The notes: generated from the letters alone by a model not told the origin. A stretch of DNA of 64,000 nt from Candidatus Margulisiibacteriota bacterium (GCA_050250935.1 JBFWNS010000001.1:480001-544000); one strand, 5' to 3'; counted from the first letter of the stretch, positions 38,322 through 49,520 are shown. Numbers and translations: made by a program.

Positions 38322-39474
38322 GGGCGAGCAGTGTTTTTTCCTTGGTTTCGGCATCCAGGGCCACCAGGGTTTCGATGTCCGGTTCTGGAAGGGCAATATG
38401 GGTTTCGACCGCTTTGGCCACGCAGCGGTGGATGTCGGTATAGCCAATTTTTCCCTCCAAAAACAAGTGAACAGCGGCTTCGTTTGCGGCGTTCATGACA
38501 GCCGGTAGGCTGCCCCCGGCTTTGCCACAGTCGAAGGCCAATTGCAGCAAGGGAAATTTGGAAACATCGGGTTCAAAAAAGGTTAATTCTCCCAATTCCC
38601 ACAGCGGTTTTTTGGGCCAGGGGTTGGGCCATTTTTCGGGATAGGTTAGGGCATATTGAATGGGAAATCTCATGTCGGGAAGCCCCAGTTGGGCCAAATG
38701 GGTTCCGTCTGTAAATTCGACCAAGGCGTGGACGATGCTTTGGGGGTGAATCACCGCTTGGATACTGTCGTAGCCAATGCCAAACAGCTGGTGGGCTTCG
38801 ATAATTTCCAGCCCTTTGTTCATTAAGGTGGACGAGTCGATGGTGATTTTCGAGCCCATGGTCCATTTGGGATGTCGAAGGGCTTCTTCCCGGGTGATGG
38901 TTGAAAATTTGGTGGCAGGGCGGTTCCAAAAGGGGCCGCCAGAAGCTGTTAAAATCAGGGTGTCGACCTGGTTGGGGTCTTCTTGGATGCCGGCCAAACA
39001 TTGTTTAAGGGCAGCATGTTCCGAATCGATGGGCAAAATGGGTACGTTTTTGGTTTTCGCCAAGGCCATAATACGGTCGCCGGCGGCCACCAGCACCTCT
39101 TTACAGGCCAACCCAATGGGAATCCCAGCCTCGATGGCCCGATAGGTTGGCATTAACGATGCCGTTCCCACAATGGCCACCACCAGCAAATCGTTGTCGG
39201 GGGCTGCGGCAATGTCGATCAGGCCTTGTGGGCCCACCAGGACTTCGCAGTGTAGGGCGTTGTCCGCCACAAAAGCACGCAGCGTTTGTTGGGCGGCTTC
39301 TGTTAAAACCCCGATGCGCTTGGGTTTAAATTCCAAAATTTGTTGCTTGAACAGGTCGATGTTGTTGCCGGCCGTTAGCCCTGCAATGGCAAATTGATGG
39401 GGAAATTCTCGGACAATGTCCAGGGTTTGACGCCCAATCGAGCCGGTAGATCCCAAAATAGAAAGGGTTTTCAT
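38314..39474 (-). CDS. dxr: 1-deoxy-D-xylulose-5-phosphate reductoisomerase
   Basis: LGSTGSIG, LPIDSEH, TASGGPF, KITIDS, NKGLEIIEA. Confidence 0.97.
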   Translation of the reverse strand: MKTLSILGSTGSIGRQTLDIVREFPHQFAIAGLTAGNNIDLFKQQILEFKPKRIGVLTEAAQQTLRAFVADNALHCEVLVGPQGLIDIAAAPDNDLLVVAIVGTASLMPTYRAIEAGIPIGLACKEVLVAAGDRIMALAKTKNVPILPIDSEHAALKQCLAGIQEDPNQVDTLILTASGGPFWNRPATKFSTITREEALRHPKWTMGSKITIDSSTLMNKGLEIIEAHQLFGIGYDSIQAVIHPQSIVHALVEFTDGTHLAQLGLPDMRFPIQYALTYPEKWPNPWPKKPLWELGELTFFEPDVSKFPLLQLAFDCGKAGGSLPAVMNAANEAAVHLFLEGKIGYTDIHRCVAKAVETHIALPEPDIETLVALDAETKEKTLLAHA

Positions 39475-39477
39475 GGT

Positions 39478-40257
39478 CTAGTTAAACAGGTAAAACACGG
39501 CAGGGATCACGAACAAGGTGCTGTCGGCTCGGTCGTAAATGCCGCCATGGCCTGGCAAAATGTTGGACGAATCTTTGGTTCTAAACGTTCGCTTAACCAG
39601 CGATTCGTGTAAATCCCCGCATTGGGCCACCACACAAATGCCGACAGCCAAGGGCAGATACAGCAGATAGGCCAAGTGAAAATAATGGCAAAACCCGGCT
39701 GCCCATACCAGGGTCAACAAGGTGCCAATCACCGACCCTTCGATGGTTTTTTTGGGGCTTAAGTTCGACAAGGGGGTTTTTCCTAAAAAACGGCCTCCAA
39801 ACAAAGCTGCGATGTCGAGCATCCAAATGCAAGAACACACAAAGGCCATTAACAACAGCCCATGGTTGCCGTTCCTCAGCAAGAAAATAAAGGGAAAGGT
39901 TCCCGAAATAAACAGGGCGATTTTTAAGGTGGCCAACAGTGGGGTTTTGAACAATAAAACTTTTTTCGAAAACAGCTCGACCAGGTATCCCGCAATCAGG
40001 CCCAAACAAAGAATGGCAATCAAGGGATGTTCCCAAGCCGAGTTCCAATAGAAGCAAGAGCCCAGAGCCAGGCCCACCAGCACATAGGCCAGCCATCCTT
40101 GAACGCGAACTTGGTTTTTTCGGTGCATCTCGATCAGTTCGTAGGTGCTTAGCAGCGAAATGATGGCCACCCAAATAAAGAGCAAGAGACCCCCGTAATA
40201 GGTGGTTGCGACCCCAACCCCAATCAAGGCCAATCCGGTGATGATGCGTTTAGTCAT
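39478..40257 (-). CDS. cdsA: Phosphatidate cytidylyltransferase
   Basis: SPKKTIEG, GDLHES..KR, KDSSNILPGHGGIYDR. Confidence 0.93.
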   Translation of the reverse strand: MTKRIITGLALIGVGVATTYYGGLLLFIWVAIISLLSTYELIEMHRKNQVRVQGWLAYVLVGLALGSCFYWNSAWEHPLIAILCLGLIAGYLVELFSKKVLLFKTPLLATLKIALFISGTFPFIFLLRNGNHGLLLMAFVCSCIWMLDIAALFGGRFLGKTPLSNLSPKKTIEGSVIGTLLTLVWAAGFCHYFHLAYLLYLPLAVGICVVAQCGDLHESLVKRTFRTKDSSNILPGHGGIYDRADSTLFVIPAVFYLFN

Positions 40258-41035
40258 TCAATCCTCCATAGCGACGGTCTCGGGTTTGGAATTGCCGAAT
40301 AATGGTGGTTAAAGCGGTTTCATTGAAGTCTGGCCATAGCAGGTCTTCCAGCACAAAAAACTCGCTGTAGGCACATTGCCAGAGCATAAAATTGCTGATG
40401 CGATGGTCGCCACCGGTTCGGATTAGGATATCGGGATCGGGACTGTTCTGGGTATACAGATAGGTGTTAAACAACGCTTCGGTTAAATCGGCTTCGGTGT
40501 GTTTGCCGGATTGAACATCGGTTGCCCAACGCTGGGCTGCATGAACCAGCTCGAGGCGACTGCCATAGTTCATCATCAGATTGAGTTGTAGGGTTTGGTT
40601 GTTTTGGGTTTGGGCTTCGGCGTCCCGAATGCCTTTTTGAAGTTTGGGATCCAGCGCTTCCAGATGGCCCAGGCAGTTGATGCGAACCCCTTCTTTGTGC
40701 AGGGCTTTGGTTTCTTGGCGAAGCATTTCGGCAAAAAATCCCATTAAAAACGAGACCTCGCCTTCGGGACGTTTCCAGTTTTCGGTGGAAAAGGTGTAGA
40801 CGCTTAAATGATGAATGCCCAGTCGCACACAGGCCTTGATGGTTTTGCGCAAAGCTTCTGCGCCCTGTTTGTGGCCAAAATTGCGGGGCATGTGTCGTTG
40901 TTTGGCCCATCGACCGTTGCCGTCCATAATTACGGCCACATGGGCAGGCATTTTGGATGAATCCAGGTTCAGGGATTGGCAGATGCTGTCTAGGGATTCG
41001 GTGCGGTTTTGAAGGCCAATAATGGGCGTTGGCAT
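40250..41035 (-). CDS. uppS: Undecaprenyl diphosphate synthase
   Basis: HVAVIMDGNGRWA, FSTENWKRP, RISNFMLWQ. Confidence 0.96.
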   Translation of the reverse strand: MPTPIIGLQNRTESLDSICQSLNLDSSKMPAHVAVIMDGNGRWAKQRHMPRNFGHKQGAEALRKTIKACVRLGIHHLSVYTFSTENWKRPEGEVSFLMGFFAEMLRQETKALHKEGVRINCLGHLEALDPKLQKGIRDAEAQTQNNQTLQLNLMMNYGSRLELVHAAQRWATDVQSGKHTEADLTEALFNTYLYTQNSPDPDILIRTGGDHRISNFMLWQCAYSEFFVLEDLLWPDFNETALTTIIRQFQTRDRRYGGLND

Positions 41036-41039
41036 GCGA

Positions 41040-41582
41040 CTAGATGGTCATGATTTCGGCTTCTTTGTCCTTGCCCAATTGGTCCAGAATGCCGATGAAT
41101 TTATCCGTTGTTTTTTGGGTGCTGTCTTGTTGGGTTTTGCTTTCGTCTTCGGAAATGGTTTTGGCTTTTTCTTGGGCTTTCAGGCTGTCCACTTCGTCTC
41201 GGCGAATGTTGCGCAGCGAAACCTTGCCATCTTCGATGTGTTTTTTAACCAATTTGACCAATTCTTTGCGGCGTTCTTCGGTAAGATCGGGCAATTTAAG
41301 CCGAATAATCGAGCCATCGGTGTTGGGGTTGAAGCCCAAATTGGCGCTTTGAATGGCCTTTTCAACGGCTTTTGTAGCCCCTTTGTCGAAGATATTTAGC
41401 ATCAACATGGTCGATTCGGGTACGGTAATGGCTGCCACTTGTTGCAAGGGGACCAACGACCCATAGTATTCCACCATAATTTTGGACAAAATCTCGGGGT
41501 TGGCGCGACCCGTGCGAAGGGTTCCCAAATGGCCTTTAACGACATCCACAGTTTTTTGCATTTTGTCTGTAAGTTGTGACAT
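41040..41582 (-). CDS. frr: Ribosome recycling factor
   Basis: LRTGRANP, LTEERRKELVK, RNIRRD. Confidence 0.96.
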   Translation of the reverse strand: MSQLTDKMQKTVDVVKGHLGTLRTGRANPEILSKIMVEYYGSLVPLQQVAAITVPESTMLMLNIFDKGATKAVEKAIQSANLGFNPNTDGSIIRLKLPDLTEERRKELVKLVKKHIEDGKVSLRNIRRDEVDSLKAQEKAKTISEDESKTQQDSTQKTTDKFIGILDQLGKDKEAEIMTI

Positions 41583-41611
41583 GGTTTTCTCCTGAATTCA
41601 AAAATGAGGGG

Positions 41612-42325
41612 CTAGCGAATGGTGGTTCCGATGATTTCGCCGGCCAAAATGCGGCGAATGTTTCCGGGTTGGGTCATGTTGAACACGACGATGGGGATGT
41701 CGTTGTCCATGCTTAAAGACAAGGCCGTGTTGTCCATGATTTTTAAGCGGTCTTTGATGAGGTCCATATAGGCCAAATCGTCGAACTTAATGGCGTTGGT
41801 GTTCAGCACAGGATCCGAGTCGTAAACCCCGTCTACTTTGGTGGCTTTAAACAAGGCATCGGCCCGAATTTCGGCGGCCCGCAACGCGGCTGTGGTGTCG
41901 GTGGTAAAATAGGGGTTTCCGGTTCCACCGGCAAAAATCACGATGCGGCCTTTTTCGAGGTGACGCAAGGCCCGACGCAAAATATAGGGCTCTGCGATTT
42001 GTTTCATTTCGATAGAGGTTTGGACCCGGCTTTCCACGCCCACTTTAATGAGGGCATCTTGCAAGGCCAAGGCATTCATAATGGTGGCCAACATGCCAGT
42101 ATAGTCGGCGGTGACCCGGTCCATGCCATTGGCGGCTGCGGCAACGCCGCGGAAAATGTTCCCGCCACCAATCACGATGCCCAGCTGAACGCCGGCTTCG
42201 TAGCCTTCTTTAATTTCGTTGGCCATGTACACCAAAAATTTGGGATCAATGCCATACTCGCGATCGCCTTTAAAAGCCTCGCCACTCAACTTCAACAAAA
42301 CGCGTTTATATTTGGGATGTGTCAT
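41612..42325 (-). CDS. pyrH: UMP kinase
   Basis: [23 protein letters not shown]. Confidence 0.97.
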   Translation of the reverse strand: MTHPKYKRVLLKLSGEAFKGDREYGIDPKFLVYMANEIKEGYEAGVQLGIVIGGGNIFRGVAAAANGMDRVTADYTGMLATIMNALALQDALIKVGVESRVQTSIEMKQIAEPYILRRALRHLEKGRIVIFAGGTGNPYFTTDTTAALRAAEIRADALFKATKVDGVYDSDPVLNTNAIKFDDLAYMDLIKDRLKIMDNTALSLSMDNDIPIVVFNMTQPGNIRRILAGEIIGTTIR

Positions 42326-42407
42326 GGGAGTTCATACTAGCAAATATAGGCACAACTGCACAGCATTAGTAGCTTTTCGGGTATTGCTTTAAGGGCCCCT
42401 TTGTTTC

Positions 42408-43298
42408 TTAGGGCGCTACACCGTTGTCTTCGGCGGTTTTCCATTTGAAAATTTCTTTGGAGAGGGTTCGCAGCAGCAATTTGGCTTGCTCGTCGGATCT
42501 CATGTTCGTGAAGATGCTGAGTACATAGGGTTCGTCGTTGTAGTAGACAATGCCCACGTCGTTTTTAATGCCCGTTAAGGAGCCTGTTTTGTTGGCAATA
42601 CGGATGTTGGACGGCAAAAATCGGGGAATGCCCCATTTGTGGGTTTGGCGGGTCATGATCTGGATCATTTCTTGGCTGAATCGGGGCGAGAAAATTTCTC
42701 CGGCATAGAGTTTTCGCATTAATAGGGCCATGTCGGCAGGGGTCGAAAAATTTAACCCGTCGGCGTTTAATAAGTCGCTGTTGCCAATAATGGTGTTGCG
42801 AAGGCCTAGGGACCTCATGGTTTGGTTAATGTTGCGGGGGCCGAGGTAGTCGATCAGCATTTTTGTGGCGGTGTTGTCGCTATGCGTAATCATAACTTCC
42901 ACCAATTGGCGGATGGTATAGGTTTTACCAAGCGGTTCGTAATACAACTGGCCAGATCCCCAAATGCGGTCTTTTTTCTTGATGGAGAGGCGGGTATTGT
43001 CCAACGACAATTGCCCCAGGGCCACCCGTTTGTAGACCTCGACCATCACGGGAACTTTGATGACCGAGGCAGGATTAAACAACAATCCCCCATGAACCGA
43101 AATGCTTTCGCCGGTGGTTAGGTCGTAGTACACCACGCCAATTTGGCCATGGTTTTGGGCCACCAAGGTCTCGATTTTGGATTCGAGTTCTTGGTAGCCG
43201 CTGGGATCGACTTTAACCGTAGCGTCGGCCGGAGACGTTGCTATCTGCAAAGCCATAACGGTTATGATTGCCCAGATTCCAGCCTGAACCCGCCACAT
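42408..43298 (-). CDS. Secreted class-A beta-lactamase-like serine hydrolase / penicillin-binding protein
   Basis: Signal peptide; ASVIK, SDN, KTG. Confidence 0.85.
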   Translation of the reverse strand: MWRVQAGIWAIITVMALQIATSPADATVKVDPSGYQELESKIETLVAQNHGQIGVVYYDLTTGESISVHGGLLFNPASVIKVPVMVEVYKRVALGQLSLDNTRLSIKKKDRIWGSGQLYYEPLGKTYTIRQLVEVMITHSDNTATKMLIDYLGPRNINQTMRSLGLRNTIIGNSDLLNADGLNFSTPADMALLMRKLYAGEIFSPRFSQEMIQIMTRQTHKWGIPRFLPSNIRIANKTGSLTGIKNDVGIVYYNDEPYVLSIFTNMRSDEQAKLLLRTLSKEIFKWKTAEDNGVAP

Positions 43299-43311
43299 GG
43301 TGGTTTGGATT

Positions 43312-45402
43312 TTAGATTTCGAAGGGGGTTACGGGTACGATATTGATGCGGTTTTGGGCATCAATTTCTTTGACCCGAACTTTAACCACTTGGCCCAAGC
43401 TCAGCACATCTTCTACTTTTTCGACCCGTTTTTTGGACAGAGAAGAAATGTGCATGAGACCATCTTTGCCAGGCAGTAATTCAACGAAGGCTCCGAAATG
43501 GGTGATGCGATTGACTTTGCCATCAAATTCATCCCCAACTTCGACATCGCGAACCAAGTTCAAAATGGTGCGTTTGGCGGCTTCCAAGGCTTCGGTGTTT
43601 TTAGCCGAAACCGAAACCAGCCCAGTAGACCCATCGGTGACGATGACGGTGGCTTTGGTGTCTTCTTCGATTTTGCGAATCATTTTTCCGCCGGGACCAA
43701 TCAACAATCCGACTTTTTCGGGGTTGATGGTTAGGGTTTCAATTTTGGGGGCATTGGCGGACAACACGCCGCGGGGCGTATCCAACACTTGGTTCATTTC
43801 GTGCAAAATGTGGAAACGGCCATCTCGGGCTTGGAACAGGGCATTTTTCAGGATTTCTTCGGAAAGGCCAGATACTTTAATGTCGAGCTGAAGGGCCGTG
43901 ATGCCGTTTTGGGTGCCGGCGACTTTAAAGTCCATGTCGCCATAATGGTCTTCCAGACCTTGAATGTCGGATAAAATCACATAGCCGTCTTCGCTGATCA
44001 GCAAGCCCATGGCGATGCCAGAAACGGCGGCTTTAATGGGAACGCCGCAGTCCATCAAGGCCAAAGACCCGGAACACACAGAGGCCATGGACGAAGACCC
44101 ATTGGACTCGAAAATTTCAGAAACAATCCGCAAGGTGTAAGGAAACGCTTGGGCATCGGGCAAAATGGGTTTAAGGGCCCGTTCTGCCAAGGCGCCATGG
44201 CCTTGTTCCCGGCGACCTGTTCCCATACGGCCCACTTCGCCCACCGAAAAGGGTGGGAAATTGTAGTGGAAATAATAGGTTTTGTTGGGGGTGTCGTGTT
44301 GCATGCCGTCTTCGATTTGCTCGTCGTCGGCAGTTCCCAGGGTGACCACGCCCAAACTTTGGGTTTCGCCTCGGGTAAAGAGGGCAGAGCCGTGGGTAGA
44401 CGGCAAAAGACCGGCTTGAATTTCGATGGGGCGAATTTCGGTTAAAGCACGGCCATCGGGGCGAACTTTTTTGGTGATAATAACTTTGCGGATTTTTTCT
44501 TTTTTGATTTTGGAAATCAGGCTCGCTACTTCGGCTTTATTGGATTCGTCTTCAGCAACAAAGGCTTCCAAGGCGCGTTTTTCGATAGTGTCTAACGCAT
44601 CGCTGATTTGCTGTTTGTTGCCCGATTGGAATTGGGTTTCGATTTCAGACAAAAAGGCATCCAATTTCGAGAAAAGCTCGGTGTTAACAACCTTTTCTGG
44701 CAACACAACCTTGGTTTTCCCGGCTTGAGCAGCCAAGCTTTCTTGAAGGGCCACAAAGGCTTTGATGTGTTCATGGCCAAAAGTAATCCCTTTGAGCATG
44801 ATATCTTCGGAAACCTCTTTGGCGCCGGCTTCGACCATCAAAATGGCGTCTTTGGTTCCGGCAACCACCAAATGCAATTCGCTGCGTTCCATATCGGCAT
44901 AAGAAGGGTTGATTTGGTACTGACCATCGATATAGCCAACCAAGACCCCACCCACCGGTCCGGCAAAAGGAATGTCGGATACCGACAAGGCTGCCGATGC
45001 TGCCACAATGCCAAAGGCTTCGGGCGACAGGGTTTCGTCGTAAGACAGGGTGGTGATAACCACTTGAACTTCGTGGTGGAAGCCTTTGGGGAACAAAGGT
45101 CGCAAGGGGCGGTCAATTAAGCGTGAGGTTAAAACGGCGGTGGTAGAAGGGCGGGCTTCCCGTTTGAAAAAGCCGCCAGGAATTTTGCCGGAGGCGTACA
45201 TTTTTTCGGCGTATTCAATGGTTAAGGGGAAAAAGTCGATGCCTTCTTTGGGGTTTTTGGACATCGTGGCCGTGGCCAGCAGGACCAAGTCCCCGCATTG
45301 TAAGACCACAGACCCATTGGCTTGTTTGGCCATGACGCCGGTGGTTAGGGTAACGTCTCGGTTAAAAATCGTTTGTTTTGAAGTTTTTGGATTGTTTAGC
45401 AT
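43312..45402 (-). CDS. pnp: Polyribonucleotide nucleotidyltransferase
   Basis: [34 protein letters not shown] and S1 domains. Confidence 0.97.
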   Translation of the reverse strand: MLNNPKTSKQTIFNRDVTLTTGVMAKQANGSVVLQCGDLVLLATATMSKNPKEGIDFFPLTIEYAEKMYASGKIPGGFFKREARPSTTAVLTSRLIDRPLRPLFPKGFHHEVQVVITTLSYDETLSPEAFGIVAASAALSVSDIPFAGPVGGVLVGYIDGQYQINPSYADMERSELHLVVAGTKDAILMVEAGAKEVSEDIMLKGITFGHEHIKAFVALQESLAAQAGKTKVVLPEKVVNTELFSKLDAFLSEIETQFQSGNKQQISDALDTIEKRALEAFVAEDESNKAEVASLISKIKKEKIRKVIITKKVRPDGRALTEIRPIEIQAGLLPSTHGSALFTRGETQSLGVVTLGTADDEQIEDGMQHDTPNKTYYFHYNFPPFSVGEVGRMGTGRREQGHGALAERALKPILPDAQAFPYTLRIVSEIFESNGSSSMASVCSGSLALMDCGVPIKAAVSGIAMGLLISEDGYVILSDIQGLEDHYGDMDFKVAGTQNGITALQLDIKVSGLSEEILKNALFQARDGRFHILHEMNQVLDTPRGVLSANAPKIETLTINPEKVGLLIGPGGKMIRKIEEDTKATVIVTDGSTGLVSVSAKNTEALEAAKRTILNLVRDVEVGDEFDGKVNRITHFGAFVELLPGKDGLMHISSLSKKRVEKVEDVLSLGQVVKVRVKEIDAQNRINIVPVTPFEI

Positions 45403-45430
45403 GATAGATAGGTGTCCTTAATAGTAAATG

Positions 45431-45458
45431 AAAAAAGACCCGGAAGGTCCGGGTCTTT
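45431..45458 (-). terminator. Terminator between rpsO and pnp
   Basis: aaagacccgga-agg-tccgggtcttt with a U tract on the minus strand. Confidence 0.8.
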
Positions 45459-45469
45459 GAGAGGGGCGT

Positions 45470-45748
45470 TTAGTCTTTAACTTTTAAGCCCAGTTTTTGG
45501 ACCAATTGTTGAAACGCTTCGGGTTTGTGGCGTTGAAGGTATTTAAGAAGTCGGCGACGGCGGCCTACCATAATCAAGAGTCCGCGGCGGGTGTGGTGGT
45601 CTTTTTTGTGGAGTTTCAAATGTTCAACCAGGTGGTTGATTCTTTCGGTTAATACCGCGACTTGAACTTCTGCAGAACCGGTGTCTTTTTTGTGAAGTTG
45701 ATGAGAATCGATGATGTCCTTTTTGTTTTTATCGCCAATAGCAGCCAT
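45470..45748 (-). CDS. rpsO: 30S ribosomal protein S15
   Basis: [32 protein letters not shown]. Confidence 0.97.
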   Translation of the reverse strand: MAAIGDKNKKDIIDSHQLHKKDTGSAEVQVAVLTERINHLVEHLKLHKKDHHTRRGLLIMVGRRRRLLKYLQRHKPEAFQQLVQKLGLKVKD

Positions 45749-45834
45749 GAATGTCCTCCGTGTTACGCCCTCTGTCTTGAGGGTCAAAACGTTTTATTTT
45801 TTAGTATGGGCCCAGTGTAATTCATCATGGCTTT

Positions 45835-48585
45835 TCAAGCAAGGCGGCGGTTTCGGTGTAGGGGGCAGATGCGTTTGAAGGCACAAAGCTCGCAGTGTTT
45901 GAGCTGGGTTGTGGCAGAAAATGCGCCGGCCCGCAGTTGGGTTACCAGCGACGCAATATGGGGGCCTAGGGTTTGCTTAAGATCGTCTTTGAGTTCTGCG
46001 GGGCGGTTTCGGCCGATGCCCAACATCTGTTTGGCGTCGGGATGAACAAGTTGCCAGCGTAGTTCGGTGCCTTTGGTCCGGTTGACTTGCAGATAGCATC
46101 CCCCAATCCAGGTTCTGTCTGGATGCTGGGCTTGAAGGGCTGCCAGATAGATAGGAAGCTGAAGGCTTTCCAAGGCTGTAATTTGACTGGGTGTGGGCAG
46201 GGTTTTGCCGGTTTTATAGTCGAGGACTCCCCAAAAGGTTTGGGTGTCGGATTCGATGGCCACGATGGCGTCAATTTTTCCGCGCAGGGTTAGGCTGTTT
46301 AGGGAAAAGGTGAAGGCTTGTTCCAACGCCAAGGGTTTAAGGGTGGGGTTTTCACAAAAAATGCGGACCCAGTTTAACAACAGGTTGTCCTCGGTTTCTT
46401 CGAAAAGGGTTTCTTCTTTGGCAAGCCAAGCCAGAGTGTCGAGGCGATAGTCTGGCAGAAGGCGTCGGGCCAGGGTTTGAAGGTGGAGAAGGGCTTGGGC
46501 TTCGCCCAGGCTATCCATAGGGGTTGATTGTGCATTGAGGGTTTCGAAAAACCGTTGAAATAAGGCATGTAAAAAAGACCCCCAGGCGGCGCCCAATCCC
46601 AACGTTTCCTCTTCTTCGACAGGAATTTTGAGGATCGATTTTAAAAAATACTGATATCCACAAGTTCCATAAGCTTCCAATTGGGTGGCCGAAAAGGCGG
46701 TGTCTCGAAATCGGTCTGCGATGGCGGCTTGGTTTTCGGGTTGGGTCAATCCAAATTTTGGTTCGGGTAGCCCAGGTGTTGTCGTCTCGGGTGGGGATGA
46801 GGATGGACTTGGGGTTAAGCTCAGGGTATGGCTGGGCGCTAGTTTTTCGATCAACAAACTGGGCAGTTGGATGCTGTTGCGATGCTTTGCCAAAGACAAG
46901 TAACAGATTCCTGGCCCGGACAGCAGCTGATCCAAAACCAAGGTGTCCCACTGGTCGCAGCGCGTGGCCGAAGGCAGGGTGGGATATCGGGTGTAAAAGG
47001 GATCCAAAAACACGTTGTTGGGCAAGGATCTTGGCCACTGCGATTGGTCGAAATGGGGGATAAAATAACGGCTCGCAGGCAGGCAATAGGCTTCGTAGGG
47101 ATCACAAATGCGAACCCCCACTTTTACGGCTTCTTTGACGCTGGGGCCTTGGGTTCCCAATTCGCTTAACCGGTCTTTAAACCAGGCCATCCACTGGGTG
47201 GGTGGGGTCAAGGGAAGACTGGCAACCAAATAGTCCCACAACGCTTGCCACAAGGGGTCGGATTCGCTGGCACCCAGTACACTAAAAGGTGCTATAAAGG
47301 TTTTAAGCACGGTTTCTAGCTCCGACAGCGAGCGAATGGCTTTGGCCTTTTCGCAAAAACGCAGCAGGGTTTCCAAAATCGGTTTTTGGGTTTGAAAGCC
47401 CTCGAGAAACCAGAGGGCGGTTTGTTGAAGGTCTTCGTTTGAGGACGTGTTAGCGAAGTGGGACCAGGTGGCTTGGAGGGTGTCCAGCTGCTGAATTTTT
47501 TGGCTGGGCCAATCGGGGTTTTCGGTGGATAAAAACCGAACCCAAGTGGTGTTGGCCCGAACCCCAGGCAAGTGCAAAAACGAGACAAAAGACTCGGTTC
47601 GTCTGGGCCATTCGCAGAGGCTGGCGGCATGGTAAAGCAGGATGCCCAAAGCCGATTTGGACAAGGGAATTTCGGGTCGGTGCCACACAGGAATGCCGGC
47701 GGTTTTTAGTTTTTTGTGCCAATGAATTTGCAAGGTTTTGTCGGCCACAACCACGGCCAAATGTTTGGGGTCTGTTCCGTTTGTCAGTTCGGCCAGAATG
47801 GCTTGGCAAACTCCCTCGTCTTCGGCATATCCGTTCTCGAAACAGATGACGGGGGTGTTTTTGGGGCTGGTGTTGTTTTCTGGTAATTCGATGTGTTTGA
47901 TGTCTCCGGGTTGGGTTATCAGCCACCGAAACAGGCGATCGTTTTGGGTTGGATCCACCAAAAAGGAGGTGGATTGGGCGAGCCTCAGAATGGCCGAGGC
48001 CAGTGCTTGTTGTTGAAACGACAGATCCCAAAATCCCACAAAAAAAATGGTGGTGTTTTCCAGGGTTTTTTCGAGGGCTTTGAAATCTTCTTGTTGGGCC
48101 TCTCGCCAGACCTGGGCTTTAAACCGAAGGCCGTTTGGTGGGGATTTTAGTTTGGCATAGATGGGTTCCCACCCTGGGGGGAAAGCTCGGAATTCTCGCT
48201 GAATGTCGGCTGGGGTTGCCCCGATTTCTTCGAGGGCGTCGAGGGCCAGAATCAGTTGTCGCAAAACGCCGGGCTTTGAATACCAACTGGGTTTTTGAGG
48301 GTCTAGGGCCGACAAGGCCACTTGTTCTTTAAGGCGGTGTTCGAAGGCCGAAGAGGGTCCATAATGTTCGGTCAGTAGCTCGTCCAAGGTTTGAACGATG
48401 AGGTCTTCTTGGCTAAACAACAGGGTTTTGGCAAGGTCTTTGTAAGCCCTGCTGGGCACAAGAATCCGACAGGTTTTGGGCGATTTTTCGGCCAGGGTTT
48501 TGGCATTGGTCCAAAACGGGCTTTCAAAAAACCGGTTAAAGGGAGCGGTATAAACAAACAAAAAAGGTGATATGATCTTGCCCAT
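45835..48585 (-). CDS. AddB/RexB-like PD-(D/E)XK nuclease (start uncertain)
   Basis: FSATQLEAYGTCGYQYF, GSFLH, LRGKID, LDYKTG, LQLPIY, CELCAFKRIC Fe-S staple. Confidence 0.85.
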   Translation of the reverse strand: MGKIISPFLFVYTAPFNRFFESPFWTNAKTLAEKSPKTCRILVPSRAYKDLAKTLLFSQEDLIVQTLDELLTEHYGPSSAFEHRLKEQVALSALDPQKPSWYSKPGVLRQLILALDALEEIGATPADIQREFRAFPPGWEPIYAKLKSPPNGLRFKAQVWREAQQEDFKALEKTLENTTIFFVGFWDLSFQQQALASAILRLAQSTSFLVDPTQNDRLFRWLITQPGDIKHIELPENNTSPKNTPVICFENGYAEDEGVCQAILAELTNGTDPKHLAVVVADKTLQIHWHKKLKTAGIPVWHRPEIPLSKSALGILLYHAASLCEWPRRTESFVSFLHLPGVRANTTWVRFLSTENPDWPSQKIQQLDTLQATWSHFANTSSNEDLQQTALWFLEGFQTQKPILETLLRFCEKAKAIRSLSELETVLKTFIAPFSVLGASESDPLWQALWDYLVASLPLTPPTQWMAWFKDRLSELGTQGPSVKEAVKVGVRICDPYEAYCLPASRYFIPHFDQSQWPRSLPNNVFLDPFYTRYPTLPSATRCDQWDTLVLDQLLSGPGICYLSLAKHRNSIQLPSLLIEKLAPSHTLSLTPSPSSSPPETTTPGLPEPKFGLTQPENQAAIADRFRDTAFSATQLEAYGTCGYQYFLKSILKIPVEEEETLGLGAAWGSFLHALFQRFFETLNAQSTPMDSLGEAQALLHLQTLARRLLPDYRLDTLAWLAKEETLFEETEDNLLLNWVRIFCENPTLKPLALEQAFTFSLNSLTLRGKIDAIVAIESDTQTFWGVLDYKTGKTLPTPSQITALESLQLPIYLAALQAQHPDRTWIGGCYLQVNRTKGTELRWQLVHPDAKQMLGIGRNRPAELKDDLKQTLGPHIASLVTQLRAGAFSATTQLKHCELCAFKRICPLHRNRRLA

Positions 48586-49024
48586 GACGTTTTTCATCCT
48601 CATCGTATCAGAAGAAGTGCTTCCCACCGAATCCAAAGCACTTAAACAGCATAAAAAGAACCAATTGGCCCAGGTGAGGCTGTGGAAAAAATGGGGGCTT
48701 CGGTTTGGCATTCCCCGGATTTTTGCAGCCGAACAAGGGCTGTCTTGGGCGAAATGTTGTCGGCTTAAGGGCATAACCAAACGCAAATGGGTGATGAATG
48801 TGGCGGAAAACCCAGATTTTCGGGCGGTTTTGTCCCAAACCCAAACTGGGGATTGTTGGGTGATTTCGAAAACACAAGTGGCCATGGCCTTTTCGGGCTT
48901 GGGTTTGGGTGATGGGTGTGCCCTGTTGAGCTTGGCGCCTGGGGTGTTGGTTCAGGTGTCTGGTAGCGACAAACCGGTGGTCCATGCCGTGTTTCCAACC
49001 TGCTTCGCAGAGCCTCAAAAATAG
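48584..49024 (+). CDS. Hypothetical protein
   Basis: Open frame filling the gap before def; no motif. Confidence 0.35.
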   Translation: MTFFILIVSEEVLPTESKALKQHKKNQLAQVRLWKKWGLRFGIPRIFAAEQGLSWAKCCRLKGITKRKWVMNVAENPDFRAVLSQTQTGDCWVISKTQVAMAFSGLGLGDGCALLSLAPGVLVQVSGSDKPVVHAVFPTCFAEPQK

Positions 49025-49046
49025 GATATACTAGACTTCTTTTGCC

Positions 49047-49520
49047 ATGTCAGTACTAGAGGTCCTTCAAATTCCCCATCCCGTCTTGCGCCAAAAATGT
49101 GTTCCCGTCACGGTTTTTGATGCTGGATTGGAAGCATTGGTTCGGGACATGTTTCCCACCATGTATCACCACAACGGCATCGGTTTGGCGGCCCCTCAGG
49201 TTGGGGTTTTGCAACGGGTGCTGATTGCCTGCTACAAGAAAAAAGAATGGGTCCTGATTAACCCCGAAATCGAAAGGGCAACCGGCTCGGAAATCATGGA
49301 TGAAGGGTGTTTAAGCATTCCACAGGCTCGGGTCTATGTCGAGCGCTATACCGATATCACCATTCGTTGCCAAGATTTAAAAGGTAATTTTCGAACAGTT
49401 CGTGCCAAGAACATTTTGGCCCGAATTTTTCAGCACGAATTGGATCACCTTGATGGGGTTCTGATTCTCGACAAAGCCATTCCAGAAGACCAACTTGAAT
49501 TTGAGGAAAAACGAAAATGA
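49047..49520 (+). CDS. def: Peptide deformylase
   Basis: GIGLAAPQVG, EGCLS, QHELDHLDG. Confidence 0.97.
   Translation: MSVLEVLQIPHPVLRQKCVPVTVFDAGLEALVRDMFPTMYHHNGIGLAAPQVGVLQRVLIACYKKKEWVLINPEIERATGSEIMDEGCLSIPQARVYVERYTDITIRCQDLKGNFRTVRAKNILARIFQHELDHLDGVLILDKAIPEDQLEFEEKRK

Noticed and set aside
42408..43298. Acquired antibiotic-resistance beta-lactamase
   Set aside because: Embedded after pnp with no mobile context; no clear omega-loop ExxLN, so more like a PBP-A-type hydrolase
48586..49018. N-terminal extension of the AddB-like ORF and ORF 48608..49018 on the minus strand
   Set aside because: Sequence does not look protein-like and conflicts with the + strand ORF
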